From Angustibacter luteus (GTDB taxonomy: Bacteria; Actinomycetota; Actinomycetes; Actinomycetales; Angustibacteraceae), in NCBI RefSeq assembly GCF_039541115.1, contig NZ_BAABFP010000005.1, positions 868,001 to 932,000 on the forward strand: a DNA stretch of 64,000 nucleotides. The letters run 5' to 3'. A program made the translations under genes and the position numbers. Numbering within the stretch: the first letter of the stretch is position 1; every line of letters starts with the position of its first letter. This document shows, in pieces, positions 1 through 10,138 of the stretch. Below the pieces are notes generated by a model that was given only the letters and a program-made list of their open reading frames with translations, did not search any database and was not told the DNA's origin.

Positions 1-255
1 GACGAGGAAGAAGGCGGCCTCCTCGAGCGGGAGCCCACCCGGCAGCCGGACGGCCAGCACCTGCGAGGGGTCGAACTGCCAGTGGTCCTGGGCGATGGCG
101 TAGAGGTCCCAGGCCAGGAACAGGGGCGCCACGCACAGGACGGACAGGCCCAGCCGTCGCCAGCGCCGGTACACCCCGACCTTGAGGTAGAGCTCCAGGG
201 GCAGCGTCCCCAGCAGGCAGAACGCGAGCATGCCCAGATAGCTCAGGTGGCGCAC
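1..255 (-). CDS. Lycopene cyclase domain protein (heterodimeric CrtYc/Yd type), runs off the window edge
   Basis: Not in the ORF track. Manual translation from GTG at 255 gives MRHLSYLGMLAFCLLGTLPLE...FLAWDLYAIAQDHWQFD...GLPLEEAAFFLV; hydrophobic, with the WD..A and PLEE.xFF motifs of this family. Confidence 0.8.
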   Translation of the reverse strand, partial: MRHLSYLGMLAFCLLGTLPLELYLKVGVYRRWRRLGLSVLCVAPLFLAWDLYAIAQDHWQFDPSQVLAVRLPGGLPLEEAAFFLV

Positions 256-262
256 CGAAGGC

Positions 263-619
263 TCAGATCGCCAGGGCCTGCGCCCGACGCCGGACCTCGG
301 TCTTGTGCCCCGCGTGCAGGGCACCGATCGGGCTCCCACCGGTGATCGAGTCGTCCGGGGTGAACAGCCAACGCAGCGCGTCCTCACCCTCGTAGCCGGC
401 GTCCGCCAGCACGGTGACGGTACCCGGCAGCTCGGGCAGCAGCCCCTCGGCGCCGAGCAGCCCCGCCGGTACGGACAGGATGTTGCGGTCCCCCCGCCGG
501 ACGGCGATGAGCTGGCCGTCGTGCACCATGCCGCGCACCTTCATGATGCCGATGTCGAGCCGCTCGGCGACGTCGGGCAGGGTCAGCCAGTCGCCCACGA
601 GGGCGTCGAGTTCGGTCAC
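263..619 (-). CDS. Rv2175c-family DNA-binding protein
   Basis: N-terminal HTH (WLTLPDVAERL) and C-terminal EVRRRAQALA; syntenic with the PASTA kinase. Confidence 0.85.
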   Translation of the reverse strand: MTELDALVGDWLTLPDVAERLDIGIMKVRGMVHDGQLIAVRRGDRNILSVPAGLLGAEGLLPELPGTVTVLADAGYEGEDALRWLFTPDDSITGGSPIGALHAGHKTEVRRRAQALAI

Positions 620-825
620 GAGGCCAGCCTGCCACGACCGCGGCCACGGGAGTAACCGTCACCCGAAACGACGAATTACAGCGGTGTAACTCTTCTGCCG
701 CAACGGATTTCGTGTACCTTCACATGAGTATCGCTTGTCACACCCGTCACTTGGGGCACGCTGGTCACCGGCCCGCCCCCGCCGCCGGCGATCGGCGCAC
801 GACGAGATCGAGGGGAACCCCATCC

Positions 826-1920
826 ATGCCGGTCATCATCACCGCAGCGTTGGCCACCGCGCCGTTCCTGCTCAGCTCGGGCGCCGGGTCGTGGACGAGC
901 TACACGGTCCAGCCTGGCGACACCCTCTGGGACATCGCCAGCAGGCACCACACCGACGTGCGCAGCCTCATCCGGGCCAACCACCTCAGCGCCGGCGGCC
1001 ACATGATCCGGATCGGGACGAAGATCAAGGTCCCCGGGCACGCCCGCACCGCGGCGACCCGCCCCGCCGCCGCCCGGACCGCGACGTACCTCGTCCGCTC
1101 CGGTGACACGGTCAGCGACATCGCGCACCGGCTCAAGGTCTCCCCCGGCACCCTGCTGCGGCTCAACCACCTCGACGCCCGTGGGCGCATCTACGTCGGG
1201 CAGCACCTGAAGGTGCCGGCCAGTGCCCTGCGCGCCCAGACGAAGGCGAAGGCCGCCAGGGCCGCCGCACTGCGGTACACGACGTACCGGGTGCGCAGCG
1301 GGGACACCCTGAGCGCCGTCGCCGTGCGGTCCCGCACGTCACTGGCGACGGTGCTGAAGCTGAACCACCTGCACCTGAGCTCGGTGATCCACCCCGGGCA
1401 GGCGCTGCGGGTCCCCCGGCACGCCGCAGCCAGGACCAGCCACAACACGTTCGCCGGGCGCACCTACTCCAGCGCCGTCGTCCGCGCCGCCGACGCGAAC
1501 CGGCACAAGCTGGCCAGCCGGGCCGTCCCGGGCAAGGAGGCCACCAAGCGCATGATCGTGCGCACCGCCAAGCGCTACGGCGTCAACCCGGCGCTGGCCC
1601 TGGCCGTGGCCTGGCAGGAGTCGGGCTGGAACCAGCGGCAGGTCTCGGTGGCCAACGCGATCGGCACCATGCAGGTCATCCCGTCGTCCGGTCGCTGGGC
1701 CGGCGAGCTGGTCGGGCGGCGCCTCAACCTGCTCAACACCCAGGACAACATCACCGCCGGCGTGGTGATCCTGCGGGCGCTGAACCACTCGGCGAAGACC
1801 CCGGACGCTGCGATCGCCGGGTACTACCAGGGGCTGGGCTCGGTCCAGAAGAACGGCATGTTCGCGGACACCAAGCGCTACGTAGCCAGCATCAAGGTGC
1901 TCGTGAAGCGGTTCGGCTGA
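826..1920 (+). CDS. LysM (x3) peptidoglycan-binding lytic transglycosylase
   Basis: Three Y.V..GDT..IA LysM repeats, then an SLT domain (WQESG, GTMQ, AGYYQG). ATG at 826 chosen from the upstream AGGGGA RBS. Confidence 0.9.
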   Translation: MPVIITAALATAPFLLSSGAGSWTSYTVQPGDTLWDIASRHHTDVRSLIRANHLSAGGHMIRIGTKIKVPGHARTAATRPAAARTATYLVRSGDTVSDIAHRLKVSPGTLLRLNHLDARGRIYVGQHLKVPASALRAQTKAKAARAAALRYTTYRVRSGDTLSAVAVRSRTSLATVLKLNHLHLSSVIHPGQALRVPRHAAARTSHNTFAGRTYSSAVVRAADANRHKLASRAVPGKEATKRMIVRTAKRYGVNPALALAVAWQESGWNQRQVSVANAIGTMQVIPSSGRWAGELVGRRLNLLNTQDNITAGVVILRALNHSAKTPDAAIAGYYQGLGSVQKNGMFADTKRYVASIKVLVKRFG

Positions 1921-2012
1921 CGTGACGCGGGCCACCCAGGACGTCGGGCCGCGTGCTCGTGCCGTGCGTCGCCTCCCCGACGACGCGCCTCGGCGACCGT
2001 AGACTCCTGCGG

Positions 2013-3917
2013 GTGGACGTGTCGGTGGCCGATCCGCTCGTCGGGCAGCTGCTCGACGGGCGCTACGCCGTGCGCGCGCGCATCGCCAAGGGCGGGATGG
2101 CCACGGTCTACCTGGCCCTGGACGAGCGGCTCGACCGGGACGTCGCCGTCAAGGTGATGAGTCCCGCGCTGGTGGACGACGAGGACTTCGTCCGGCGGTT
2201 CACCCGCGAGGCGCGCTCCGCGGCCCGGCTGAACCACCACGGCATCGTGCAGGTCTTCGACCAGGGGATGCACGAGGGGGTGGCGTTCCTGGCGATGGAG
2301 TACGTCCCCGGCCGCACCCTGCGCGACCTCATGCGCGAGCAGGGCCCGATGTGCCCGGCCGACGCGCTGGACCTGCTGGAGCCCGTGCTCGAGGCCCTGG
2401 CCGCTGCGCACCGGGCCGGCATCGTGCACCGCGACGTCAAGCCGGAGAACGTGCTCATCGCCGACGACGGTCGGGTGAAGGTGGCCGACTTCGGCCTCGC
2501 CCGGGCCGTCGACGCCGGCACGGCGCACAGCCAGACGGGGCTGCTCCTCGGCACCGTCTCCTACCTCGCGCCCGAGCAGGTCGAGCGCGGTGTCGCGGAC
2601 GCCCGCAGCGACGTGTACGCCGCGGGCGTCGTCCTGTTCGAGCTGCTCAGCGGGAGCAAGCCGTTCGCCGGTGACACGGCGGTGCAGGTCGCCCTGCAGC
2701 ACGTGTCCAGCCGGGTGCCGGCGCCGTCCACCCGGGTGGCCCCGATCGACCCGGCGATCGACGAGCTCGTGCTGCTGGCCGCTGCCCGCAACCCCGACGA
2801 CCGCCCGGCGGACGCCCGCGAGCTGCTGATGGTGCTGCGCGAGACCCGACGCCGGATGTCGCCGCAGGCGCTGGAGGCCGTCCCGGCCGCCCTCTCCGGC
2901 GCCTCGGCCGCCGACACCACCACCGCGCCCGTGCCCGCGACGCCACAACCGGCGGACGCCGGAGCCGCGCAGCAGGACCAGACCATGGCCCTGGCCGCCG
3001 TCCCGCTCGGGCCGGTGCAGGCGCCGCCACGCCGGCGCCACCGGGGACGCAACGCCCTGCTCGTCGTCCTGGTGCTGGCCGCGCTGCTCGGCGCCGGTGG
3101 CTGGTACGTGGGTGCCGGCCCCGGCGCGTACGTCGCGGTGCCCAAGGTCGTGGGGAGCACCCAGGCGCAAGCGACGCAGAGCCTGTCCCGGCATGGTCTG
3201 TCCGCCGACGTCACGCAGGGCTACAGCGAGCGCATCCCGGCCGGCACGGTCATCTCGGCCGACCCCGGTGAGGGCGAGAAGGTGCGCAAGAACGGCAGCG
3301 TCGCCCTGGTGGTCTCACGCGGGCCGGAGCGGCACGCGGTCCCGACCCTGGCCGGGCTGAGCGAGGACGCCGCCCGCAAGGCGATCACCGACAACGACTT
3401 GCGGGTCGGCAAGGTGACCCGGGCGTTCAACGACGACGTACCCGAGGGTTCCGTGGTCTCGGCGTCGGTCAAGGCCGGGACGCAGGTGCGGGCCGGGACG
3501 ACGGTCGACCTCGTCATCAGCCAGGGACCCGAGCCGGTGGCCGTGGCCAGCTGGGTCGGCAAGCCGGCTGACCAGGCCGCCGCCGCGCTCGGCAAGTCCG
3601 GCCTGAAGGTCAAGACGTCGCAGGCGTTCAGCAACACCGTCGCCGAGGGCCTGGTGATCAGCCAGAAGCCGGGCGCAGGCACGGCGTTCAAGGGCGACAC
3701 GATCACCCTGGTCGTGTCCAAGGGACCCCAGCTGGTGCTGGTCCCGAAGGTCGTCGGCAGCCAGGTCGAGGACGCCGTGCGTGAGCTGAAGGGCGCCGGC
3801 TTCAAGGTCGAGGTGCACAACATCCTCGGCGGCTTCTTCGGCACCGTCCGGTCGCAGGACCCCGGTGCGGGCGAGAAGGCACCGAAGGGCTCCACCATCA
3901 GCTTGACCGTGGTGTGA
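2013..3917 (+). CDS. Stk1/PknL-like PASTA-domain Ser/Thr protein kinase
   Basis: GGMATVY, HRDVKPEN, DFG and APE motifs, a TM helix and four PASTA repeats; start placed 7 nt after a TAGACT -10 box. Confidence 0.93.
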   Translation: MDVSVADPLVGQLLDGRYAVRARIAKGGMATVYLALDERLDRDVAVKVMSPALVDDEDFVRRFTREARSAARLNHHGIVQVFDQGMHEGVAFLAMEYVPGRTLRDLMREQGPMCPADALDLLEPVLEALAAAHRAGIVHRDVKPENVLIADDGRVKVADFGLARAVDAGTAHSQTGLLLGTVSYLAPEQVERGVADARSDVYAAGVVLFELLSGSKPFAGDTAVQVALQHVSSRVPAPSTRVAPIDPAIDELVLLAAARNPDDRPADARELLMVLRETRRRMSPQALEAVPAALSGASAADTTTAPVPATPQPADAGAAQQDQTMALAAVPLGPVQAPPRRRHRGRNALLVVLVLAALLGAGGWYVGAGPGAYVAVPKVVGSTQAQATQSLSRHGLSADVTQGYSERIPAGTVISADPGEGEKVRKNGSVALVVSRGPERHAVPTLAGLSEDAARKAITDNDLRVGKVTRAFNDDVPEGSVVSASVKAGTQVRAGTTVDLVISQGPEPVAVASWVGKPADQAAAALGKSGLKVKTSQAFSNTVAEGLVISQKPGAGTAFKGDTITLVVSKGPQLVLVPKVVGSQVEDAVRELKGAGFKVEVHNILGGFFGTVRSQDPGAGEKAPKGSTISLTVV

Positions 3918-4873
3918 GCGAAGGACTCGTCCTCCCCCAGCCCGGCACCCGGCGTTCGACCGGCCTGGCGGCCCTGGTGCTGGTCGCGGTCACCGCGGTG
4001 TGGGGCAGCACGTTCGTCCTGATCAAGGACGTCGTCACGACCATCCCGGTGCCGGACTTCCTGGCGCTGCGGTTCCTCATCGCCGCTGCCGTGATGGTGC
4101 CGGTCTTCTGGCGTCCCCTGCGCCGGCTGAGCCGCGACCTCGTGCTGCGCGGTCTCGCCCTCGGCGCCGTCTACGGTGTCGCGCAGGTGTTCCAGACCTT
4201 CGGCCTGGCGCACACGTCGGCTGCGGTCAGCGGCTTCGTCACCGGCATGTACGTCGTCCTGACCCCGGTCATCGGCGTCGTCCTGCTCGGCCAGCGTGCC
4301 CCCGCCAGCACCTGGTTCGCGGTGGGTCTGTCCACCGCCGGGCTCGGGGTGCTGGCGCTGAACGGGTTCGCGGTGGGCACCGGTGAGCTGCTGGTGCTGG
4401 TCTCGGCGTTCCTGTACGCGCTGCACATCGTGGCCCTGGGGTTGTGGTCCGGAGCGCAGGACGCGCTGGGGCTCGCCACGATCCAGATGGTTGCGATCGC
4501 CGTCCTGTGCACCGTGGCCGCGCTGCCGCACGGCATCACGCTGCCCTCCACCGGCGCGGCGTGGGCGGCCGTGCTCTACACGGCCGTGGTGGCCGGCGCG
4601 CTGACGCTGATCGGGCAGACCTGGGCCCAGGCCCACCTCCCGGCGACCCGGGCGGCCGTGATCATGACGCTGGAGCCGGTTTTCGCCGCGCTGTTCGCGG
4701 TGCTGATCGGCGGTGAGCAGCTGACCCCGCGGATGCTGTGCGGCGGCCTGCTGGTGCTCGCCGCGATGTACGTCGTCGAGCTCACTCCTGGTAGGACCAG
4801 CGCTCCTCGCGCCACGCGTCGCCGGTCGCGTGGTAGCCGCGCTGCTCCCAGAAGCCCCGACCAGGCTCGCTGA
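3914..4873 (+). CDS. DMT/EamA-family transporter
   Basis: About ten hydrophobic segments, WGSTF and LEPVFA motifs; GTGA overlap with the kinase stop. Confidence 0.88.
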   Translation: MSEGLVLPQPGTRRSTGLAALVLVAVTAVWGSTFVLIKDVVTTIPVPDFLALRFLIAAAVMVPVFWRPLRRLSRDLVLRGLALGAVYGVAQVFQTFGLAHTSAAVSGFVTGMYVVLTPVIGVVLLGQRAPASTWFAVGLSTAGLGVLALNGFAVGTGELLVLVSAFLYALHIVALGLWSGAQDALGLATIQMVAIAVLCTVAALPHGITLPSTGAAWAAVLYTAVVAGALTLIGQTWAQAHLPATRAAVIMTLEPVFAALFAVLIGGEQLTPRMLCGGLLVLAAMYVVELTPGRTSAPRATRRRSRGSRAAPRSPDQAR

Positions 4874-5366
4874 GGTACTCGATCCCGCGCACCCACTTGG
4901 CCCCCTTGTAGGCGTACAGGTGCGGCACGACGAGCCGGACCGGCCAGCCGTGCTCGCGGGTCAACGGCTCGCCGTCGTGGTGGGTGGCCAGCACGGTGCG
5001 CGGCGACGCCAGGTCGGACAGCCGCAGGTTGGCCGAGTAGCCGTACTCGGCCCAGACCATGGCGAACTCCGCCCCGGACGCCGGCGGGAACAGGTCGAGC
5101 ACGTACCGGGTCGACACCCCCGTCCACGTGTTGCTCGGGACGGTCCACCGGGTAACGCAGTGCAGGTCACCGCGCACGCTCACCCGCGGCAGCGCGTCGA
5201 ACGCCGCCCGGTCCAGCTCGTGGTCCTGGCCGTCCTGGGTGGCGCCGGTCACCGTGAAGTTCCAGCGCTGGGCCCGGTCCGCCGGCACCGGCCCGTAGTG
5301 CAGCTCCGGCCACCCGTTCGCCAGCCGCTGCCCCGGAGGGAGCGCGTGGTGACCGCCGTCGCTCAC
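4782..5366 (-). CDS. Molybdopterin-dependent (sulfite oxidase-like) oxidoreductase
   Basis: LPPGQR, DLHCVTRW (Mo-ligand Cys), EHGWPVRLVVPHLY..KGAKW, GFWE.RGYH. Confidence 0.88.
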   Translation of the reverse strand: MSDGGHHALPPGQRLANGWPELHYGPVPADRAQRWNFTVTGATQDGQDHELDRAAFDALPRVSVRGDLHCVTRWTVPSNTWTGVSTRYVLDLFPPASGAEFAMVWAEYGYSANLRLSDLASPRTVLATHHDGEPLTREHGWPVRLVVPHLYAYKGAKWVRGIEYLSEPGRGFWEQRGYHATGDAWREERWSYQE

Positions 5367-5373
5367 GCCAGCC

Positions 5374-6426
5374 TCATCCGGCGAGCGCACCCGCGAGGAC
5401 CTGGGCCGCCCGGTCGGCGCCGTCGTCGTCCACCTCGAGGTGCGTGACCAGCCGGACCAGGGTGGGACCGAACGCGGACACCCGCACCCCTTGGGCCGCA
5501 GCGGCCTCGACCACCTGCCGGGACGTGCGCCCCGTGCCGGCCAGGTCCAGGACCACGATGTTCGTCCGGACGTCGTCCACGTCCACCGCGGTCGGGACGG
5601 CGCCCGCGCAGGCCCGGGCGATCACGGCGGCGTGCGCGTGGTCGTCGGCGAGCCGCTCGACGTGGTGGTCCAGGGCGTAGAGGCCCGCCGCCGCCAGGAC
5701 GCCCACCTGGCGCATCCCGGCCCCGTACCGCTTGCGCCACACCCGGGCCTGGGCGACGAGCTCGGCGTCGCCCACGAGCACCGAGCCGACCGGCGCCCCC
5801 AGGCCCTTGCTGAGGCAGACCGAGACGGTGTCGAACAACCGGCCCCAGTCCGCCAGCGACTCCCCCGTGGCGACGTGCGCGTTCCACAGCCGGGCGCCGT
5901 CCAGGTGCAGCCGCACGCCGGTGCCCTCGACGCCCCGGCGCAGCACCCGCGCCTGCTCCAGCGGCTGCACGGTGCCGCCACCCAGGTTGTGGGTGTTCTC
6001 GACCGCGATCGCGGCGGTGGACACGAAGTACGGCCCGGCGTCCGGCTGCATCATCGCCAGCGGCACCGCGGCGTCCAGCCGGCCGCGTTCGGACGCCCAG
6101 GTGCGCGTGGTGATGCCGCTGAAGACCGCGGCCGCGCCGAGCTCGGCGCGGGCCACGTGCGCGGTGACGTCGCAGAGCAGCTCCTGGCCCGGGGGCACGA
6201 GCATCCGCAGGCCGAGCTGGTTGGCCAGCGAGCCGGTCGGGGTGAACAGCCCGGCCTCGTGCCCGAGCAGCTCGGCGATCCGCCGCTCGAGCCGGTCGAC
6301 CGTCGGGTCCTCGCCGTAGACGTCGTCACCCACCTCGGCCTCGGCCATCGCCGCGCGCATCGCCGGCACCGGCCGGGTCACGGTGTCGCTGCGCAGGTCC
6401 ACGAGCGGCGCGCCGGAACCGCTCAT
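5374..6426 (-). CDS. ltaE: Low-specificity L-threonine aldolase
   Basis: DLRSDTVT, GDDVYGEDPT, ENTHN, HLDGARLWNA, CLSKGLGAP. Confidence 0.92.
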   Translation of the reverse strand: MSGSGAPLVDLRSDTVTRPVPAMRAAMAEAEVGDDVYGEDPTVDRLERRIAELLGHEAGLFTPTGSLANQLGLRMLVPPGQELLCDVTAHVARAELGAAAVFSGITTRTWASERGRLDAAVPLAMMQPDAGPYFVSTAAIAVENTHNLGGGTVQPLEQARVLRRGVEGTGVRLHLDGARLWNAHVATGESLADWGRLFDTVSVCLSKGLGAPVGSVLVGDAELVAQARVWRKRYGAGMRQVGVLAAAGLYALDHHVERLADDHAHAAVIARACAGAVPTAVDVDDVRTNIVVLDLAGTGRTSRQVVEAAAAQGVRVSAFGPTLVRLVTHLEVDDDGADRAAQVLAGALAG

Positions 6427-6439
6427 CCGCGGGCCGCCA

Positions 6440-7867
6440 TCAGCGCGCGGCCAGCATCTCGGCGACGAGGAACGCGACCTCGAGGCTCTGCTGGTGGTTG
6501 AGCCGCGGGTCGCAGACCGACTCGTAACGCGTGGCCAGCGCCTTCTCGTCGATCTGCTCGAAGCCGCCCAGGCACTCGGTCACGTCAGAGCCGGTGAGCT
6601 CCAGGTGCACCCCGCCCGGCACGGTGCCGAGCGCCTTGTGCACCTCGAAGAAGCCCCGGATCTCGTCGATGATGTCGTCGAACTGGCGGGTCTTGTAGCC
6701 CGTCGGCGACTCGAACCCGTTTCCGTGCATGGGGTCGCTGATCCAGAGCACCTGACCCTCGGCCTCGGCCACCGCCTCGACCAGGCGGGGCAGGGCGTCG
6801 CGGATCTTGCCCGCGCCCATCCGGCTGATGAAGGTGAGTCGGCCCGGCTCGCGGTCGGGGTCCAGCTTGTCGATCAGCTCCAGGACGTCGTCCGGCGACG
6901 TCGTCGGGCCGAGCTTGACGCCGATGGGGTTGCGGACGCGCGAGAGCAGGTCGACGTGCGCGCCGTCGAGCTGGCGGGTGCGCTCGCCGATCCACACGAA
7001 GTGGCCGGAGACGTCGTACGGGTCGCCGGTGCGCGAGTCGATGCGGGTCAGGGCGCGCTCGTACTCGAGCAGCAGCGCCTCGTGGCTGGCGTAGAACGCG
7101 ACGGTGCGCAGGGCGTCGAAGTCGGCGCCGCAGGCCGCCATGAACTTCATGGCCTTGTCGATGTCGCGGGCCATGTTCTCGTAGCGGGCCTTGGCCGTGT
7201 TGCCGACGAAGCCGCGGTTCCACTCGTGCACCTGGCGCAGGTCGGCGAAGCCGCCCATGGTGAACGCGCGGATCAGGTTCAGCGTGGCGCTGCTCGCGTG
7301 GTACGCCTGCACCAGCCGGGCCGGGTCGTGCTTGCGGGCCTGGGGGGTGAACGCGTAGTCGTTGACGGCGTCGCCCCGGTAGGCGGGCAGCGTGACCCCA
7401 CCGCGGGTCTCGTCGTCGCTGCTGCGCGGCTTGGCGAACTGGCCGGCCATCCGCCCCAGCTTGATCACCGGCAGGCTGGCACCGTAGGTGAGCACCACCG
7501 CCATCTGCAGGATCGTCTTGATCCGGTCCTTGATGTCGTCGGCGTTGGTGCCGGTGAAGGTCTCGGCGCAGTCCCCGCCCTGCAGGACGAAGGCCTCACC
7601 CCGCGCCGCGGCCGCCAGTCGCTCGCGCAGGACGTCGCACTCGCCCGCGAACACCAGCGGCGGGCTCGCCCTGAGCGTGCTCACGGCGCGCTCGACCGCG
7701 ACCGGGTCGTCCCAGTTCGGCTGCTGCGCGGCCGGCAGCTCCCGCCAGGCGTCCAGGCCGTCGAGCACCAGGCGGGCGCGCTCGTCCGCCGGCGTGGTAG
7801 GCGCCGGGGTCGTCGGGTCCGTCGTCGGCACCGTGGTCGGCTCCGTGGGCAGGCTGTCGAGACTCAC
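6440..7867 (-). CDS. Class II 3-deoxy-7-phosphoheptulonate (DAHP) synthase
   Basis: LQGGDCAE, GRMAGQFAKPRS, WIGERTRQ, DPMHGN, CDPRLN. Confidence 0.96.
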   Translation of the reverse strand: MSLDSLPTEPTTVPTTDPTTPAPTTPADERARLVLDGLDAWRELPAAQQPNWDDPVAVERAVSTLRASPPLVFAGECDVLRERLAAAARGEAFVLQGGDCAETFTGTNADDIKDRIKTILQMAVVLTYGASLPVIKLGRMAGQFAKPRSSDDETRGGVTLPAYRGDAVNDYAFTPQARKHDPARLVQAYHASSATLNLIRAFTMGGFADLRQVHEWNRGFVGNTAKARYENMARDIDKAMKFMAACGADFDALRTVAFYASHEALLLEYERALTRIDSRTGDPYDVSGHFVWIGERTRQLDGAHVDLLSRVRNPIGVKLGPTTSPDDVLELIDKLDPDREPGRLTFISRMGAGKIRDALPRLVEAVAEAEGQVLWISDPMHGNGFESPTGYKTRQFDDIIDEIRGFFEVHKALGTVPGGVHLELTGSDVTECLGGFEQIDEKALATRYESVCDPRLNHQQSLEVAFLVAEMLAAR

Positions 7868-7884
7868 GACCTCAGGGTAGGTCC

Positions 7885-7913
7885 CCGGACCGCGCCCCCT
7901 GCGCGCGGTCCGG
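7885..7913 (-). terminator. GC-rich hairpin downstream of the sugar operon
   Basis: CCGGACCGCGC-7 nt-GCGCGGTCCGG perfect 11-bp stem just after the stop at 7925; no U tract. Confidence 0.55.
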
Positions 7914-7924
7914 ATACTGAACGG

Positions 7925-8932
7925 TCAGTCTCCCGTGCTGAACGCTGCGTCGAAGGAGGCGGCCGGCGGGTCGAAGGCCAGCCGGCGCACGAGCTCGAGC
8001 GCCTCAGGTGCTCCGACCAGCCGGTCCATCCCCGCGTCCTCCCACTCCACCGAGATCGGCCCGTCGTAGCCGATCGTGTTCAGCATCCGGAAGCACGCCT
8101 CCCACGGGACGTCGCCGTGCCCGGTGGACACGAAGTCCCAGCCACGGCGCGGGTCGGCCCACGCCAGGTGCGAGCCCATCCGACCGTTGCGGCCGTTACC
8201 GACCTGGCGCTTCGCGTCCTTGCAGTCCACGTGGTAGATCCGGTCCCGGAAGTCCCACAGGAAGCCCACCGGGTCCAGGTCCTGCCAGACGAAGTGGCTG
8301 GGGTCCCAGTTCAGCCCGAACGCCGGGCGGTGCCCGATCGCCTCCATCGTCGCGACCGTCGTCCAGTAGTCGTAGGCGATCTCGGACGGGTGCACCTCGT
8401 GCGCGAAGCGCACCCCGACCTCGTCGAAGACGTCCAGGATGGGGTTCCAGCGGTCGGCGAAGTCCGCGTACCCGGCGTCCACCATCGACTGCGGGACCGG
8501 CGGAAACATCGCCACGGTCTTCCAGATGCTCGAGCCGGTGAACCCGACGACCGTGTCGACACCGAGCGCCCGGGCCGCGTGCGCCGTCGCCTGCATCTCC
8601 TGCGCCGCCCGCTGACGGACCCCCTCTGGGTCGCCGTCGCCCCAGACCCGCGGCGACAGGATGCCGCGGTGCCGCTCGTCGATCGGGTCGTCGCAGACCG
8701 CCTGGCCCGACAGGTGGTTGGAGATCGCAAAGACCTTCAGGCCGTTGCGCTCCAGGATGTCGTGCCGGCTGCGCACGTAGGCGTCGTCCTCGGCGGCCCG
8801 GACGACGTCGAGGTGGTCGCCCCAGCAGGCCACCTCGAGCCCGTCGTAGCCCCACTCGCCGGCCAGCCGGGCGACCTCCTCGAACGGCAGGTCGGCCCAC
8901 TGGCCGGTGAACAGCGTGATCGGTCGTGCCAT
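7925..8932 (-). CDS. Sugar phosphate isomerase/epimerase (xylose isomerase-like TIM barrel)
   Basis: [47 protein letters not shown]. Confidence 0.88.
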   Translation of the reverse strand: MARPITLFTGQWADLPFEEVARLAGEWGYDGLEVACWGDHLDVVRAAEDDAYVRSRHDILERNGLKVFAISNHLSGQAVCDDPIDERHRGILSPRVWGDGDPEGVRQRAAQEMQATAHAARALGVDTVVGFTGSSIWKTVAMFPPVPQSMVDAGYADFADRWNPILDVFDEVGVRFAHEVHPSEIAYDYWTTVATMEAIGHRPAFGLNWDPSHFVWQDLDPVGFLWDFRDRIYHVDCKDAKRQVGNGRNGRMGSHLAWADPRRGWDFVSTGHGDVPWEACFRMLNTIGYDGPISVEWEDAGMDRLVGAPEALELVRRLAFDPPAASFDAAFSTGD

Positions 8933-8953
8933 GTCGCTCCCTCTCGGATCAGC

Positions 8954-10138
8954 TCAGACGTGCTGCCAGGCACCGGACCCGGCGGAGGCCTCGACGGCGG
9001 CGAGCACCCGCTGCACCTGAAGACCGTCGGCGAACGAGGGCGCCGGCTCCCGCCCGCCCGCCAGGTCGTTCATCAGGTCGACCACCTGGTGGGTGAAGGC
9101 GTGCTCGTAGCCCAGCCCGTGACCCGCCGGCCACCAGCCGCCGACGTACGGGTGCTGCGGCTCGGTGACCAGGATGCGCCGGAAACCCGCCGTCTCAGCA
9201 TCCAGCGTGGCGTCGTGGAAGGACAGCTCGTTCATCGACTCGAAGTCGAACGCGAGGCTCCCGTCGCTGCCGTTGACCTCGATCCGGATCGCGTTCTTGC
9301 GCCCGTTGGCGAAGCGAGTGGCCTCGAAGACGCCGAGCGCCCCGGGGTGCGCCGTACCCGCGAACCGGGCCAGGAACACCGCCGCGTCGTCCACGGTGAC
9401 CGCACCCATCTCGTCGCCGCCGCGCCCGCCGAGGCCGGCCGACTCGATCGGCAGCGGCCGCTCGGTGACGAACGTCTCCGTCGCCGCCGTGACCGAGCCG
9501 ACCGTCAGCCCCGTGATGTGCTGCACCAGGTCGACGATGTGCGCCCCGATGTCGCCCAGCGCACCGGATCCGGCGCGCTCGCGCTGCAGCCGCCAGGTCA
9601 ATGGCGAGGCCGGGTCCGCGAGCCAGTCCTGCAGGTACTGCGCCCGAACGTGCCGGATCGTGCCGAGCCGGCCCTGCTGCACCAGCCGGCGGGCCAGCGC
9701 GATGGCCGGCACCCGGCGGTAGGTGAACCCCACCATCGACCGGACGCCCTGCGCCGCAGCGCTTTCGGCGGCTGCGACCATGGCCTCGGCCTCGGCGACC
9801 GAATTGGCGAGCGGCTTCTCGCAGAGCACGTGCTTCCCGGCCTCGAGCGCCGCGATCGAGATCTCGGCGTGCGTGTCGCCGGGCGTGCAGACGTCGACGA
9901 GCTGGACGTCGTCGCGGACCAGCAGCTCCTTCCAGTCCCCGACGACGTCGCCCCAGCCGAACCTTCGGGCGACCGCCCCGGCCGCCGCCGTGTCGCGACC
10001 GGACAGCACATTCATCGCAGGCAGCAGCGGGAGGTCGAAGAACGCTCCCGCGTTGCGCCACGCCTGCGAGTGCGCCGCACCCATGAAGGAGTAGCCGACC
10101 ATCCCGACGCCGAGGGGCCCCTCCCCCGACGGGGTCAC
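8954..10138 (-). CDS. Gfo/Idh/MocA-family NAD-dependent oxidoreductase
   Basis: GMVGYSFMG, HVLCEKP, GALGDIGAH; GTG start overlaps the upstream stop. Confidence 0.92.
   Translation of the reverse strand: MTPSGEGPLGVGMVGYSFMGAAHSQAWRNAGAFFDLPLLPAMNVLSGRDTAAAGAVARRFGWGDVVGDWKELLVRDDVQLVDVCTPGDTHAEISIAALEAGKHVLCEKPLANSVAEAEAMVAAAESAAAQGVRSMVGFTYRRVPAIALARRLVQQGRLGTIRHVRAQYLQDWLADPASPLTWRLQRERAGSGALGDIGAHIVDLVQHITGLTVGSVTAATETFVTERPLPIESAGLGGRGGDEMGAVTVDDAAVFLARFAGTAHPGALGVFEATRFANGRKNAIRIEVNGSDGSLAFDFESMNELSFHDATLDAETAGFRRILVTEPQHPYVGGWWPAGHGLGYEHAFTHQVVDLMNDLAGGREPAPSFADGLQVQRVLAAVEASAGSGAWQHV

Noticed and set aside
620..825. Possible c-di-AMP (ydaO) riboswitch before the cell-wall hydrolase
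   Set aside because: The conserved GCTGAATCC / GGGGTGAA / AACCCGTCAGCTAAC elements are not visible
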